A stretch of DNA of 64,000 nt, from positions 128,001 through 192,000 of the forward strand of contig JBKAGE010000078.1 in the NCBI GenBank assembly GCA_046290225.1, read 5' to 3'. Positions 1-9,298 of the stretch are shown in pieces. The DNA comes from Bradymonadia bacterium (lineage in GTDB: Bacteria; Myxococcota_A; Bradymonadia; UBA7976; UBA1532). The first letter of the stretch is position 1; every line of letters begins with the position of its first letter. The notes under the pieces were generated by a model. It was given only the letters and a program-made list of their open reading frames with translations. It searched no databases and had not been told where the DNA came from. Made by a program: the position numbers and the translations under genes.

Positions 1-1
1 C

Positions 2-3000
2 GCCGCCCCTGTGATGAACACCCTCGCCGCACCGGTGGACTTTCCCTTCGTCGTCGACACCTTCGAGCGGGATGACAGCAACCACCTCGGCGAGCCCTGG
101 GACGAAGGCACGCCGGGCTTGTGGGCCCTACGAGACGGTGAGGTCATCTTCACCGCCCCTGGCCTCGAGAACCAGCAGGTGGACCGGCGGCTCATCTGGC
201 CAGGCGAATACGACGACTTCCAGATGTCGGCGACGGTGCGCGCCATCGAAGACGATGTGTTGTCCAACAACTATCAAATCGCCCTCTTCGGCAATCTGCA
301 GGTCCCCGACCAGAACAACCCCAACCTGCTCTGGGACGTGCGCGTCACCTACAACATGCGCACTGGGCGTCTGTCGCTGGCCTACGAGAACAACCGAACC
401 ACCGTCAATTCTCCGCCAGAGTCGCCCTACATCATCCCCATTGGCCAGCCCTTCACTCTGGATCTGACCGTGAGCGGGCCGGTGATCACCGGACGTCTGA
501 TCGTCGATGGAGATGTACAGCTCAAGGTGGCTGACATGCTCCCGGTGGATCCACCTGCAGGCTCGGTGGGGCTCCTCGGTGGCCTCGAAGGTGGTTTCGC
601 CATCGACAACTTCCAGGTAGAGCCCCTCGGAGTTCTGCCGCCGAGCATGCTGGTCACTGGGGCTCGCGTGGTCTTCTTCGAGCCCGATCGGGTGCAGATC
701 GAGACCGAGACCCTCACTGACGCTCTGCTCACAGCGGGTACATCCGCAGGCTGGACGGTGACCATCGACGGGAACGAGCGCCCGGTGCTCGGTGTGGAGA
801 CGGTGGGCGACACCCTCAAGGTACAGTTCGTGCCGCCAGCGGTGGCTCGACGCAATGTGGTCACCATCGCCTACGATGCCAGCTATGGAGATGTACACGA
901 CTGCGCAGACGATCTGCCCCGGCCCCTGCCCTCATTCGGGCCCCTGGAGGTGGAGAACCAGGCAGAAGTCGGCAATGACCTCTTCATCGCCTCAGCTCAG
1001 GTCATCACCCCCTGGGCCATCGACATCATCTTCAACGAAGAGGCGGCCTTGCCGCCCATCTTCGAGGCCGGGCTCGAGAACGCCCTCTCCATCGAGAACC
1101 AGAACGGCCCCCTGCTCGTCCGCGACGTCATCGCCATGGCGCGGACCGACGGGCCCATCGAGAACCGTCTGCGCCTGTTGCTCGCCGAGGGCTTCGAGGT
1201 CAGACCCGGAGACGTACTCCGGGTCAGCTACCAGCCCGGGGTGGCCGGGGCGCGATTGCTCGATCGCAACAGCGCCGAGCTGCGGTCGCCCTACTCAGCC
1301 GACGTACTCAATGCCCTCGAAGAAGACGAACTGTTCGGCGGCTTCCTCGACGACTTCCTGCGCCCAGGCACCGAGATCGCCAATGGCTGGGAGGTCGAGC
1401 CCGCGGACACGTGGACTCTGGAGAACGCCGCGCAATACGAATCTCCGAACTTCAACACCCCAGCGCTGCTGCTCCGACCTGAGGCCCAGCCCCACCGCAA
1501 CATTCTGCAAACGATGCGGGTACGCATGCAGCCCGAGGGAGGATCCGCCATCAGCGCTGGCCTTGTCTCCCGAGTGGGGAACGCCTCCGGCAGCTACCAG
1601 GGCTTGTACACACTCGACATCGACCAGCAGCCCGTGTTCCGCATCGAGCGGACCGAGCGATTCGGCAACTTGACCCTCGCCGAGCTGCCGGCCCCCACCC
1701 TGGTCAACAACCGGGAGTACACCTTCCGTTTCGAGACCAACGGCCCGGTCTTCACCCTCGAGGTGCTCGATGACGAAGAGTTGATCACCCGTCTCGTCGC
1801 CGTGGACACGGATCTCGAGCCTGCGGATCCAGCGGCGGACAAGCCCACTGGCCAGTATGGGGTGCTGCTCATCGGCCGAGGTCGGGCCCGCGTCTCCGAG
1901 TACTTCGCCCGATCCGTCTCTGGCTTCGCCCCTCGCGTACAGATCGCCCGGGCCGAGGTGGTGGAGTACGATCCTCGGGCCATCGAGATCACCTTCGCCT
2001 CGGAGTCCCCCCTCCTGCCCGCGCAGTCCCTCGATCCGCCGCCTGGGGCTGATGACTTCCAAGGTTTTGGGGTGTCCATCAACAACCAGAACCAGATCGT
2101 GCAAGAGATCCAGTTCGATCCCGAAGACCCGCAGCGTGCGGTCATCCGGCTGGGCAATGATGTGGAGATCGACAGCGACGACAGCGTGCTGCTCAGCTTC
2201 GATCCCTTCACCGGCGCGGTGATCGACGACAGCCCCGTGCCCCAGATGCTCGGCGAGGTGGAAGACTTCCGCGCCGACTTCACCAGCAAGGTGGTGCCCA
2301 CCAACGTCGAGCTCATCGGGCCCAATCTGCTGGCGCTCACCCTGCGATACACCCTCGAGCAGCAGATCCCCATTCAGGTGGAAGGCAGAGGGGGCCTCTC
2401 GGTGTGGGCCGAGGGCGGTGAAGAGCTCGAAGAGGTCCAGTACAGCATCTACGACGTCTGGGTGGACCCACGTCAGAACCCGCAGCCTGGTGATGGTGGC
2501 CAGGAAGTCCGGGTCTACGTGGCCACACGAAACCCCATCCCTTTTGGGGGCTTCGTTCGAGTCTCCGACGGCGGGACTGGCGCCATCCTTGATGCTCAAG
2601 GGCAGACCATCGCCCCCCTGAGCAACGAGCTCTTCGTGGGCCAGCTCGAAGACATCCACCGTGAGGTGAACTTCTTCGTCGCCAACCCCATCTACACCCA
2701 CAACTGGGTCCTCGAACCCCTGGATCCAGATGCAGGCTGGCGCTACACCCACCCCGACGCCTGGGGCCTCGTGGAGGGTGAAGGTGGTCCCCCCGGCGTC
2801 ACCTCCTATGGTGCCGGCGAAAACGACTTCACCACTGAGGCGTACGCCCCCCCCTCAGTGCTCGGCAACGACATGACCGTCATCGTCGACTTCGAGATCT
2901 CGCCAGAGTCTGTCGATCCACTCAACCGGGAGGCCTTCCCCAGGGTGGTGGTCAAGGGCTTGAACAATGACGCCTGGGTGGGCTGCTATGTCAGAAATGG

Positions 3001-3577
3001 TGAGCGCCCCGACTTCCTCGACGAAGACGAGGTCAACTTCACCGCCAGCGAGAACACGCCGGCCCTCAACTGTGTGTATCAGGAGCCCGATCAACCCCGG
3101 CGCTACTTCGACGAGTGCCGATTCCAGTTCTACGAGACCCCCAACATCCGGGCCTATGGTGGCAGCCTCGCAGGCGACTGGATCTCCGCGGTGCCCAACC
3201 GGCATCGACTCAGGGTCAGTATGCGGGGCCAGCGCCTGAGGGCAGTGCTCTACAACATCACCCCGAGTGGTGAGGACTTTGGGGGCATCTTCGAGAACGC
3301 CAGCCCCGACAACCCCATCCCCGTGGCGGTGGTGGAGGTGCCCGATGTGGGCACCACCCTCGAGTGGGGCATGCCCGGCGTCGGCAGCTACGACTCTGGC
3401 GAGGTCACGTTCTTGAACTTCATCGCCCGGCCCAGTCGCAACTGTGACTTCAACGCGGTGAATGGCGAGTCACAGTCCTTCGCCCCCACCGACGGCGCCC
3501 AGGCCTGCCCCCGAGAGGCGCCGATCATCGTCGACGAGAACAACAACCTCTGCCCTGTGGAAGGACTCAACCAGTAG
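2..3577 (+). CDS. Large acidic surface/secreted protein, 5'-partial; three LamG/DUF1080-like beta-sandwich modules alternating with SwmB/Ig-like repeats
   Basis: Frame is open from base 2 and no signal peptide is visible, so it is probably truncated. Repeated module starts DTFERDDSNHLGEPW / DDFLRPGTEIANGW and ends GSVGL..IDNFQVEP / GQYGV..VSEYFARS / GMPGV..FLNFIARP. SwmB-like motifs VVTIAYD, VLRVSYQP, VLLSFDP. Confidence 0.6.
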   Translation, partial: AAPVMNTLAAPVDFPFVVDTFERDDSNHLGEPWDEGTPGLWALRDGEVIFTAPGLENQQVDRRLIWPGEYDDFQMSATVRAIEDDVLSNNYQIALFGNLQVPDQNNPNLLWDVRVTYNMRTGRLSLAYENNRTTVNSPPESPYIIPIGQPFTLDLTVSGPVITGRLIVDGDVQLKVADMLPVDPPAGSVGLLGGLEGGFAIDNFQVEPLGVLPPSMLVTGARVVFFEPDRVQIETETLTDALLTAGTSAGWTVTIDGNERPVLGVETVGDTLKVQFVPPAVARRNVVTIAYDASYGDVHDCADDLPRPLPSFGPLEVENQAEVGNDLFIASAQVITPWAIDIIFNEEAALPPIFEAGLENALSIENQNGPLLVRDVIAMARTDGPIENRLRLLLAEGFEVRPGDVLRVSYQPGVAGARLLDRNSAELRSPYSADVLNALEEDELFGGFLDDFLRPGTEIANGWEVEPADTWTLENAAQYESPNFNTPALLLRPEAQPHRNILQTMRVRMQPEGGSAISAGLVSRVGNASGSYQGLYTLDIDQQPVFRIERTERFGNLTLAELPAPTLVNNREYTFRFETNGPVFTLEVLDDEELITRLVAVDTDLEPADPAADKPTGQYGVLLIGRGRARVSEYFARSVSGFAPRVQIARAEVVEYDPRAIEITFASESPLLPAQSLDPPPGADDFQGFGVSINNQNQIVQEIQFDPEDPQRAVIRLGNDVEIDSDDSVLLSFDPFTGAVIDDSPVPQMLGEVEDFRADFTSKVVPTNVELIGPNLLALTLRYTLEQQIPIQVEGRGGLSVWAEGGEELEEVQYSIYDVWVDPRQNPQPGDGGQEVRVYVATRNPIPFGGFVRVSDGGTGAILDAQGQTIAPLSNELFVGQLEDIHREVNFFVANPIYTHNWVLEPLDPDAGWRYTHPDAWGLVEGEGGPPGVTSYGAGENDFTTEAYAPPSVLGNDMTVIVDFEISPESVDPLNREAFPRVVVKGLNNDAWVGCYVRNGERPDFLDEDEVNFTASENTPALNCVYQEPDQPRRYFDECRFQFYETPNIRAYGGSLAGDWISAVPNRHRLRVSMRGQRLRAVLYNITPSGEDFGGIFENASPDNPIPVAVVEVPDVGTTLEWGMPGVGSYDSGEVTFLNFIARPSRNCDFNAVNGESQSFAPTDGAQACPREAPIIVDENNNLCPVEGLNQ

Positions 3578-3586
3578 GCCTATCGC

Positions 3587-4945
3587 TCAGGGCCACGCCA
3601 TACAGCGCGCGTCGCGACACACCAGCACGCCCATACACTGATCGTTGATCTCACACTCCGGTGCAGCCTCCAGGGGATCCGCACAGAACCGGTCCCGACA
3701 CACATCGTCACCGGGGCACTGAGCGTCCTCCTGGCAGGGGGCCCGGCACTGGCCATCGACACACGACAGACCACCCCCACAGTCGATGTTCCGTACGCAC
3801 ATGGCCCCTGGCCGGGTGTCGGGCATGCAGACACCGGCATCGCACATCTCGCCGCTGCCACACTGCGCATCTGCCTCACAGCGATCGTGGCAGATGGCGT
3901 TCACGCAGACCGCCTCTCCATCGCACTCGGCGCTGCGGCGGCACTCCACCGGGCCGTCCACCCAGGGCATGCACAGGCCTTCGAGGCAATGCGTACCCGT
4001 GGGACAGGATGCGTCGTCGATACACGCGGCCCGACAAGCGCCGTCGAGGCACGCAGAGCCACCGCGACAGTCGAGGTCGAGCACACATCGATCCCCGCCT
4101 GGAGCCGCCTCGCTCGCAGGCAGAGTACATGCGCCATCGATGCAGGCCTCAGCGCCCTGACACTCTGCGACCCCCTCACAGGCAGCGCCCAAGGTGGGCG
4201 TATGACACAGACCTGAGATACAGACATCACCCGAGGGGCACTGGCAGTCGTTCTCGCATGCCCGCTCTGCCGGAACCTCGGGATCCGCCTGTGGCGCGAC
4301 ACAGACGTTGCCCTCGGGATCACACACCTCACCCCGTGGGCAGTCACACGAACGCTCACACGACACACCGCTCGCCGGCGGTGGCGTGTCCACCGGCGCT
4401 TCGCAGGGCCGCTCCGGATCATCAGCACCGCAGGCAGGCTCTTCGGGATCAGGATCGGGCTGGGGATCAGGATCAGGCTGAGGATCAGGATCGGGCTGAG
4501 GATCCTCACCGGTCCACACACAGTTGCCCCACTCGTTGCACGCCTGCCCCTCGGGACAATGGGCGTCCTGCTGGCACTCGCTCATCTGCGGACCGGCGAC
4601 ACAGCGGCCGCCGTTGCACCGTGCGTCGGCGCCGCAATCGGCGTCGACGTAGCAGACCGAGCCCTGGCCACCACCTGCATTGCCCCCGTCTACCCCTGGG
4701 TGCCTGCAGGTATTGTCCACTGCGCAGATCATGCCGCCGGCGGGGCAGTCGGCGGCGGTGGTACATGAGATGGGCACACAGTAGTGACCGTGATCATCAC
4801 AGACATAGCAGGTGCTCTCGTCGCAGTAGTCGTAGTGAGCCGCGCCATAGGGCTCACAGTCATAGCAGGTCTCTGTGGGACAGCCGGTGAGGCCCAGAGC
4901 CGCCAGCGCAAGTGTCGAGGCTTGAATCAGCCGCATCATCGCCAT
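3587..4945 (-). CDS. Cys-rich repeat lipoprotein (EB/Dickkopf-like CxxxxxC..C..G.C repeats)
   Basis: Lipobox LGLTGC; many C-x5-C-x5-C-xx-G-x-C units; PDPQ linker; GGAG RBS upstream. Confidence 0.8.
   Translation of the reverse strand: MAMMRLIQASTLALAALGLTGCPTETCYDCEPYGAAHYDYCDESTCYVCDDHGHYCVPISCTTAADCPAGGMICAVDNTCRHPGVDGGNAGGGQGSVCYVDADCGADARCNGGRCVAGPQMSECQQDAHCPEGQACNEWGNCVWTGEDPQPDPDPQPDPDPQPDPDPEEPACGADDPERPCEAPVDTPPPASGVSCERSCDCPRGEVCDPEGNVCVAPQADPEVPAERACENDCQCPSGDVCISGLCHTPTLGAACEGVAECQGAEACIDGACTLPASEAAPGGDRCVLDLDCRGGSACLDGACRAACIDDASCPTGTHCLEGLCMPWVDGPVECRRSAECDGEAVCVNAICHDRCEADAQCGSGEMCDAGVCMPDTRPGAMCVRNIDCGGGLSCVDGQCRAPCQEDAQCPGDDVCRDRFCADPLEAAPECEINDQCMGVLVCRDARCMAWP
4446..4504. 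repeat. 18-bp tandem repeat x3.3 encoding a (DPQPDP)n linker
   Basis: GGATCAGGATCRGGCTGR at 4446, 4464 and 4482, plus a partial copy at 4500. Confidence 0.9.
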
Positions 4946-4982
4946 GCATCTTCTCCATCAGTCAGTTGACTCATGGCCTCAG

Positions 4983-4998
4983 AGCAAGAGCCGTACCG
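4983..4998 (-). promoter_or_regulatory. Sigma-54 (-24/-12) promoter of the Cys-rich lipoprotein gene
   Basis: Minus strand reads CGGTACGGCTCTTGCT against consensus TGGCACG-N4-TTGCW, with exact GG-N10-GC spacing, 37 bp upstream of the ATG. An AT-rich IHF-like tract lies at about 5025-5052. Confidence 0.7.
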
Positions 4999-5106
4999 TC
5001 CTCCGGCAACGGCCTGGCGGCAGAAACATCCGATTTTATTCAGTGATTTTGACCCGACTGTCGTGAACGGGCGACACATGAAGTGTGGCCCTGAGTTCAC
5101 ATGCGT

Positions 5107-6075
5107 CTACCCTTGAGGCCAGAGGATCCGTCGTGGGGGGCGATGTAGGGTGCGGGTCAGGCGCAGGTCGGCGAGGGTCTCCTCGAGAGACCACTCCGGC
5201 ACGTGGCCCAGCTGGTCACGGGCGCGGCTGTCGTCCACCATGCAGACGTAGCGCAGGTGATCGAGCTCCGGAGCTGGGAAGCTCGTGAGCCTGAGCGACC
5301 ACATACGCTCCAGCATGGCCCGGGCAGCCGTGTGCGGCATGAGCAGAGGGCGTCCCCCGGCGAGCTCGATCAAACGACTCAATGGGACCGGCTCGCAACC
5401 TGCCACGTTGAACACCCCCCTCACCTTGGGGGTGAGGGCTCGCTCGATGGCGGTGACCACATCTTCTTCGTGGATCACCTGCACCATGGGATCGAAGCCC
5501 GCGAGGCGGATGGGGCGCTCCAGGCGCAGATAGTTACTCGGCGCGTTGCGCACGCCACCGAGGATGTGCACCGGGCGCAAGATGACCGTGTGCACCTCGG
5601 GGTTTTGCCAGAAGAAGCCCTGAGCGCACATGTCCACAGCGACGAGATCACTGATGGCAGAAAACGACGAGGCCGCCATCAGAGGCTCGGCCTCGGTGAG
5701 GAACTGCTGATTGTCCGGCCTCGGCCCATAGACATTGGCGCTCGACAAGATGACCAGCTTGGGGATGCCATACCGGGCACAGAAGGTCATCACCCTGCTG
5801 GTGCCCTTGATGTTGAACGTGTGGTGCTCCTCGGTGCTCGCCCGGGGATTGTGCATCACGTTCAGGTGCACCACGGCGTCGAAGTCACCTGATCGGAAGA
5901 TGTCTTCACAGCGCTTCCGGCGGATGTCGATGCGGTGCAGGGTCACGTCGGCGGGGATGCCTCCCCATTTGCGCCGATCGATGCCCACGACAGCGTGCTG
6001 GCGATGCAGACGCCGAGCGAGGATCCGGCCGAGGCGGCCGCTGATGCCGGTGATGGCGATCTTCATGGGCTTCAC
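5107..6075 (-). CDS. NAD-dependent epimerase/dehydratase (extended SDR, Rv0501-like)
   Basis: ITGISGRLG Rossmann motif, SSANVYG, VQVIHEEDV, GVFNVAG. Start is GTG 6075 (overlapping the upstream stop) or ATG 6066. Confidence 0.85.
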   Translation of the reverse strand: MKPMKIAITGISGRLGRILARRLHRQHAVVGIDRRKWGGIPADVTLHRIDIRRKRCEDIFRSGDFDAVVHLNVMHNPRASTEEHHTFNIKGTSRVMTFCARYGIPKLVILSSANVYGPRPDNQQFLTEAEPLMAASSFSAISDLVAVDMCAQGFFWQNPEVHTVILRPVHILGGVRNAPSNYLRLERPIRLAGFDPMVQVIHEEDVVTAIERALTPKVRGVFNVAGCEPVPLSRLIELAGGRPLLMPHTAARAMLERMWSLRLTSFPAPELDHLRYVCMVDDSRARDQLGHVPEWSLEETLADLRLTRTLHRPPRRILWPQG

Positions 6076-6899
6076 CAGAAGATGTGTTTGCGATCGGCGA
6101 GGCCACCTTTGAGCAAGGCGTCGATGGCCCCCTTGACGTCATTGACCTTCTGTCGAATCACGGGCTCCTCGTCGTCTGGATCACCCTCGAAACGCATGGG
6201 GCGACCGAAATAGATGCGATACTTCACCGGGAAAGGCAGGGGCGTGGGCACCAGCGGCAACGCGGGCAAGCCCAACATCTTCGCCACACCTTCGAAGTTC
6301 ATCAGGGCTGGGGCCTGCTCTTCGGCCCCGACGACCCCCACAGGCACGATGGGCGTGTTGGTCGCCAGGGCAAGGCGCATGAAGCCCTGGCCGAAGTTCT
6401 GAAGCTGGTAGGCCTTGTCATAGGTCTTGGAGATGCCACGCACGCCCTCGGGAAACACCAGGATCGGAAAATCCTGGCCGAGCAGCGCCAGACAATTCTC
6501 GGGGCTGCCGAGGACCTGACCCGCCCGAGCGAAGAAGGTGCTCACATAGGGCAGCGAAGGCACCCACCGCTCCACCATGGCCCTCACCGGGCGGGGTGGG
6601 TTGGCGTCGAGGAACAACGCCGTGGCGATCATCATGGCGTCGAAAGGCAGTTGCCCGCTGTGGTTGGCGATGAGCAGCACGCGCCCTTCGGGCAGATGCT
6701 CGAGGCCATGGGCGTCGACCCGGAAATAGTTGCGGTAGACCCAGCGCATGACCGGCACCACCCACCTCAACGTGTCGGGGTCGAAGCCGAAGTCGTCGGT
6801 CTCCCGACCCTGCAGACCTTGCTTGAGGGTGTCGATCCGCGCGGCCAGCTCGTCGTCGAGGCCTCGCTCCAAGGCGCTCTTGAGGCTCAGTTTGAGCAT
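6072..6899 (-). CDS. Lysophospholipid/glycerolipid acyltransferase (PlsC-like, Rv0502-like)
   Basis: NHSGQLPFD (HxxxxD-type), FPEG, PIVPVGVVG motifs; GAGGAGG RBS. Confidence 0.88.
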   Translation of the reverse strand: MLKLSLKSALERGLDDELAARIDTLKQGLQGRETDDFGFDPDTLRWVVPVMRWVYRNYFRVDAHGLEHLPEGRVLLIANHSGQLPFDAMMIATALFLDANPPRPVRAMVERWVPSLPYVSTFFARAGQVLGSPENCLALLGQDFPILVFPEGVRGISKTYDKAYQLQNFGQGFMRLALATNTPIVPVGVVGAEEQAPALMNFEGVAKMLGLPALPLVPTPLPFPVKYRIYFGRPMRFEGDPDDEEPVIRQKVNDVKGAIDALLKGGLADRKHIFW

Positions 6900-7021
6900 G
6901 TCCCTCCTCGGGCTTCACTGATCTCTGCAGGTGCGGGGTCATATTGCCCCCCCAGAGTGATGGACGCAATTGCGCTGACCAGTGCATCATCGCCACCGAC
7001 ACGACCTCGGAGATGTTGACG

Positions 7022-8302
7022 ATGAAGCTCGCCGATTTGACCACCATTCCCCTGCCCACGGATCGAGGCCTCACGGAGACGGTCTACATCCGTCCCGGTG
7101 CCCGACACGATGTGCACACCCTCGCCGCCCCCTACTTGGGAGAGACGCCCCTCGTGGTGGCGGATCCGGAGACCTGGGCAGCAGTCTCCCCTCTTCCCGA
7201 GGCTGTGGCCCAGTGGCCTCGCCTCGTGCTCCCCACCCACCCTCACGCCGACGACGAGACCGTGGAGCAGGTGCGGGCCCGGATGGAATCTGAGGGCGCC
7301 ACTGGGGCTCTGGCCATTGGCGCGGGCACCATCAACGACCTGTGCAAGCGTGCGTGTCACTTGCTCGAGAAGCCCTATGTGGTCCTGGGCACTGCGGCGA
7401 GCATGAACGGCTACGCCAGCGGCATCGCTGCCATCATGAGCGCAGGTCTCAAGACCACCGTGCCGGCGACCCCACCTCGGAGCATCATCCTGGACACCGA
7501 GATCTTGTCCCAGGCCCCCATGACGCTCACCCACGCCGGTTTGGGCGATCTCATCAGCAAGCCGGTCTCCGACACATGCTGGTGGCTCGCAGATCAGCTC
7601 GACGGCGTCGGCTACAGCACCACGCCCGGGAAGATCGTCGAGGCCGCCGTCGCTGGCGCTGCCGCCGCAGCGGGGCAGCTCCCAGAGCCAGAGGCAGTGG
7701 GTGCCCTGGGCAAGGCCCTGGTGTTGAGCGGGGTGTCGATGGTGGTGGCCGGGAGCAGCAGCCCCGCCAGCGGCGGTGAGCATTTGCTGAGCCACCTCTG
7801 GGACATGGAGGCGGTTCAGGCGGGCGAGGAGACCCGGCTGCACGGTACCCAGGTGGGCGTGACCACCTGCATCACTGCAGCGCTGTACCAGCGCCTGCTC
7901 AAAGTCACCGAGCCCGACTTTCCCCCCGTGCCCAGCTGGGCCGATGAAGAGGCCCGCCTGAAGGCCGCCCATGGCGAGCTCGCCCCCATCGTCCTCGAGC
8001 CGAGCAAAGGCAAACACGGCACCGCAGAGCGTCGGGTGGCCATCATGCGAGCACGCTGGTCGGAGATGCTCGCCGATCTCAAGGCCCGCACCCTGCCCAC
8101 CCCTGCGGAAGTCCGAGCCATCCTCGACGCAGCAGGTGCCCCGAGCACCCTCGAAGCCATCAACGAGGATCGGGCGAACGCCGCCCGAGTGCTCCGCCTC
8201 GCACGGGACATCCGCAACCGCATCACGGTGCTCGACGTAGCCTATGATCTAGGGGTCCTGCCCGACGCCGCAGAGGCAGTACTGGACGAAGCAGGCGTCT
8301 GA
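7022..8302 (+). CDS. sn-glycerol-1-phosphate dehydrogenase (AraM/EgsA family)
   Basis: GAGTINDLCK, TAASMNGYAS, AGLGDLISK, PASGGEHLLSHLWDM and LHGTQVG match AraM-type G1PDH motifs, with the metal ligands D/H/H present. GGAG RBS before ATG 7022. Confidence 0.8.
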   Translation: MKLADLTTIPLPTDRGLTETVYIRPGARHDVHTLAAPYLGETPLVVADPETWAAVSPLPEAVAQWPRLVLPTHPHADDETVEQVRARMESEGATGALAIGAGTINDLCKRACHLLEKPYVVLGTAASMNGYASGIAAIMSAGLKTTVPATPPRSIILDTEILSQAPMTLTHAGLGDLISKPVSDTCWWLADQLDGVGYSTTPGKIVEAAVAGAAAAAGQLPEPEAVGALGKALVLSGVSMVVAGSSSPASGGEHLLSHLWDMEAVQAGEETRLHGTQVGVTTCITAALYQRLLKVTEPDFPPVPSWADEEARLKAAHGELAPIVLEPSKGKHGTAERRVAIMRARWSEMLADLKARTLPTPAEVRAILDAAGAPSTLEAINEDRANAARVLRLARDIRNRITVLDVAYDLGVLPDAAEAVLDEAGV

Positions 8303-8308
8303 TCGCGC

Positions 8309-9208
8309 TCAGCGCCCGCCGATTTGCTCGGTGGTCCGAAAGTGCAGCTTCGCGGTCTCTGCCAGGGCCCCTTTGCCGTGGGCCTCGATGAGCGCTCGGC
8401 CCGACCTCAGCGTGGGCGCCCCTGCCCCGGCTGACAGCGTGACCCCGAACCGACGCGACAGAGATCGCAGATTCCGCAAGTAGGCCGCCCGGGCCAGCAC
8501 GCTCGCCGCACCCACCGCAGGATCCTCCTCAGCCTTGGTGCGGGCATCGACCTGGATACTCGACCCGAGAGGGCCCAGGCTCCGCCGGAGCACCCGTTCG
8601 TCGACGAACTTGTCCACCAGGGCCCAGGGCGCCTTCTCTCGGGTGAGCAAGTTCTCGATGACCTTGCCATGGGCCCAGGACAACAGCTTGTTGAGATTGC
8701 CGATGCGGGCATACAGCTCGTTGTACTTTGCCGGGGTGATGACCATCACCTCGGTGATACAGGCCGCTTCGATCCCCCGAACCATGGCCGGCAGGCGCTC
8801 GTCGGAGAGCGCCTTGCTGTCGTCGATGCCCAGCGTCTGCAGCAACTCGAGCTGATCGCGCTTGATGAGGGCGCCGGCGACGACCAGCGGCCCGAAGTAG
8901 TCCCCCTTCCCGGCCTCGTCGGTGCCGATCCACTGCGGCGGCGGAGGCTTGGGATGCTTCGACAAGGCTGATGCATAAGGTCGAGCCTCGGGCGTATCGT
9001 CTCCGATCAGGCCTCGCCAGGTGTCGGCTTCGGGGCCCTGCATGACGAGCTTGCCCGACTTGTAGAAGCTGGCGACGCACCCCAGCCCCTTGGCTTGCCA
9101 AAAAGCGTGAGCGAGATCGCGGATCTCGAAGCCGTGACCGAGGAAGAACTGCTTCAGCCTCGGCGCTTCGCTGACGGGAATTTTGAGGGTAAACGTGTGA
9201 TTGGCCAT
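8309..9208 (-). CDS. rnhC: Ribonuclease HIII
   Basis: N-terminal TBP-like domain (YKSGKLVMQG), IGTDEAGKGDYFGPLVV, DDSK, VDKF, AASVLAR, KLHFRT. Confidence 0.9.
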   Translation of the reverse strand: MANHTFTLKIPVSEAPRLKQFFLGHGFEIRDLAHAFWQAKGLGCVASFYKSGKLVMQGPEADTWRGLIGDDTPEARPYASALSKHPKPPPPQWIGTDEAGKGDYFGPLVVAGALIKRDQLELLQTLGIDDSKALSDERLPAMVRGIEAACITEVMVITPAKYNELYARIGNLNKLLSWAHGKVIENLLTREKAPWALVDKFVDERVLRRSLGPLGSSIQVDARTKAEEDPAVGAASVLARAAYLRNLRSLSRRFGVTLSAGAGAPTLRSGRALIEAHGKGALAETAKLHFRTTEQIGGR

Positions 9209-9298
9209 GGCACCTCCAGGCGGAGGGCGTTACCACCCTCGACGCCTGAACGTCCAGTGCCATGGTGGGATCTTCGGAGGGGTTCGTCAGATGACACC

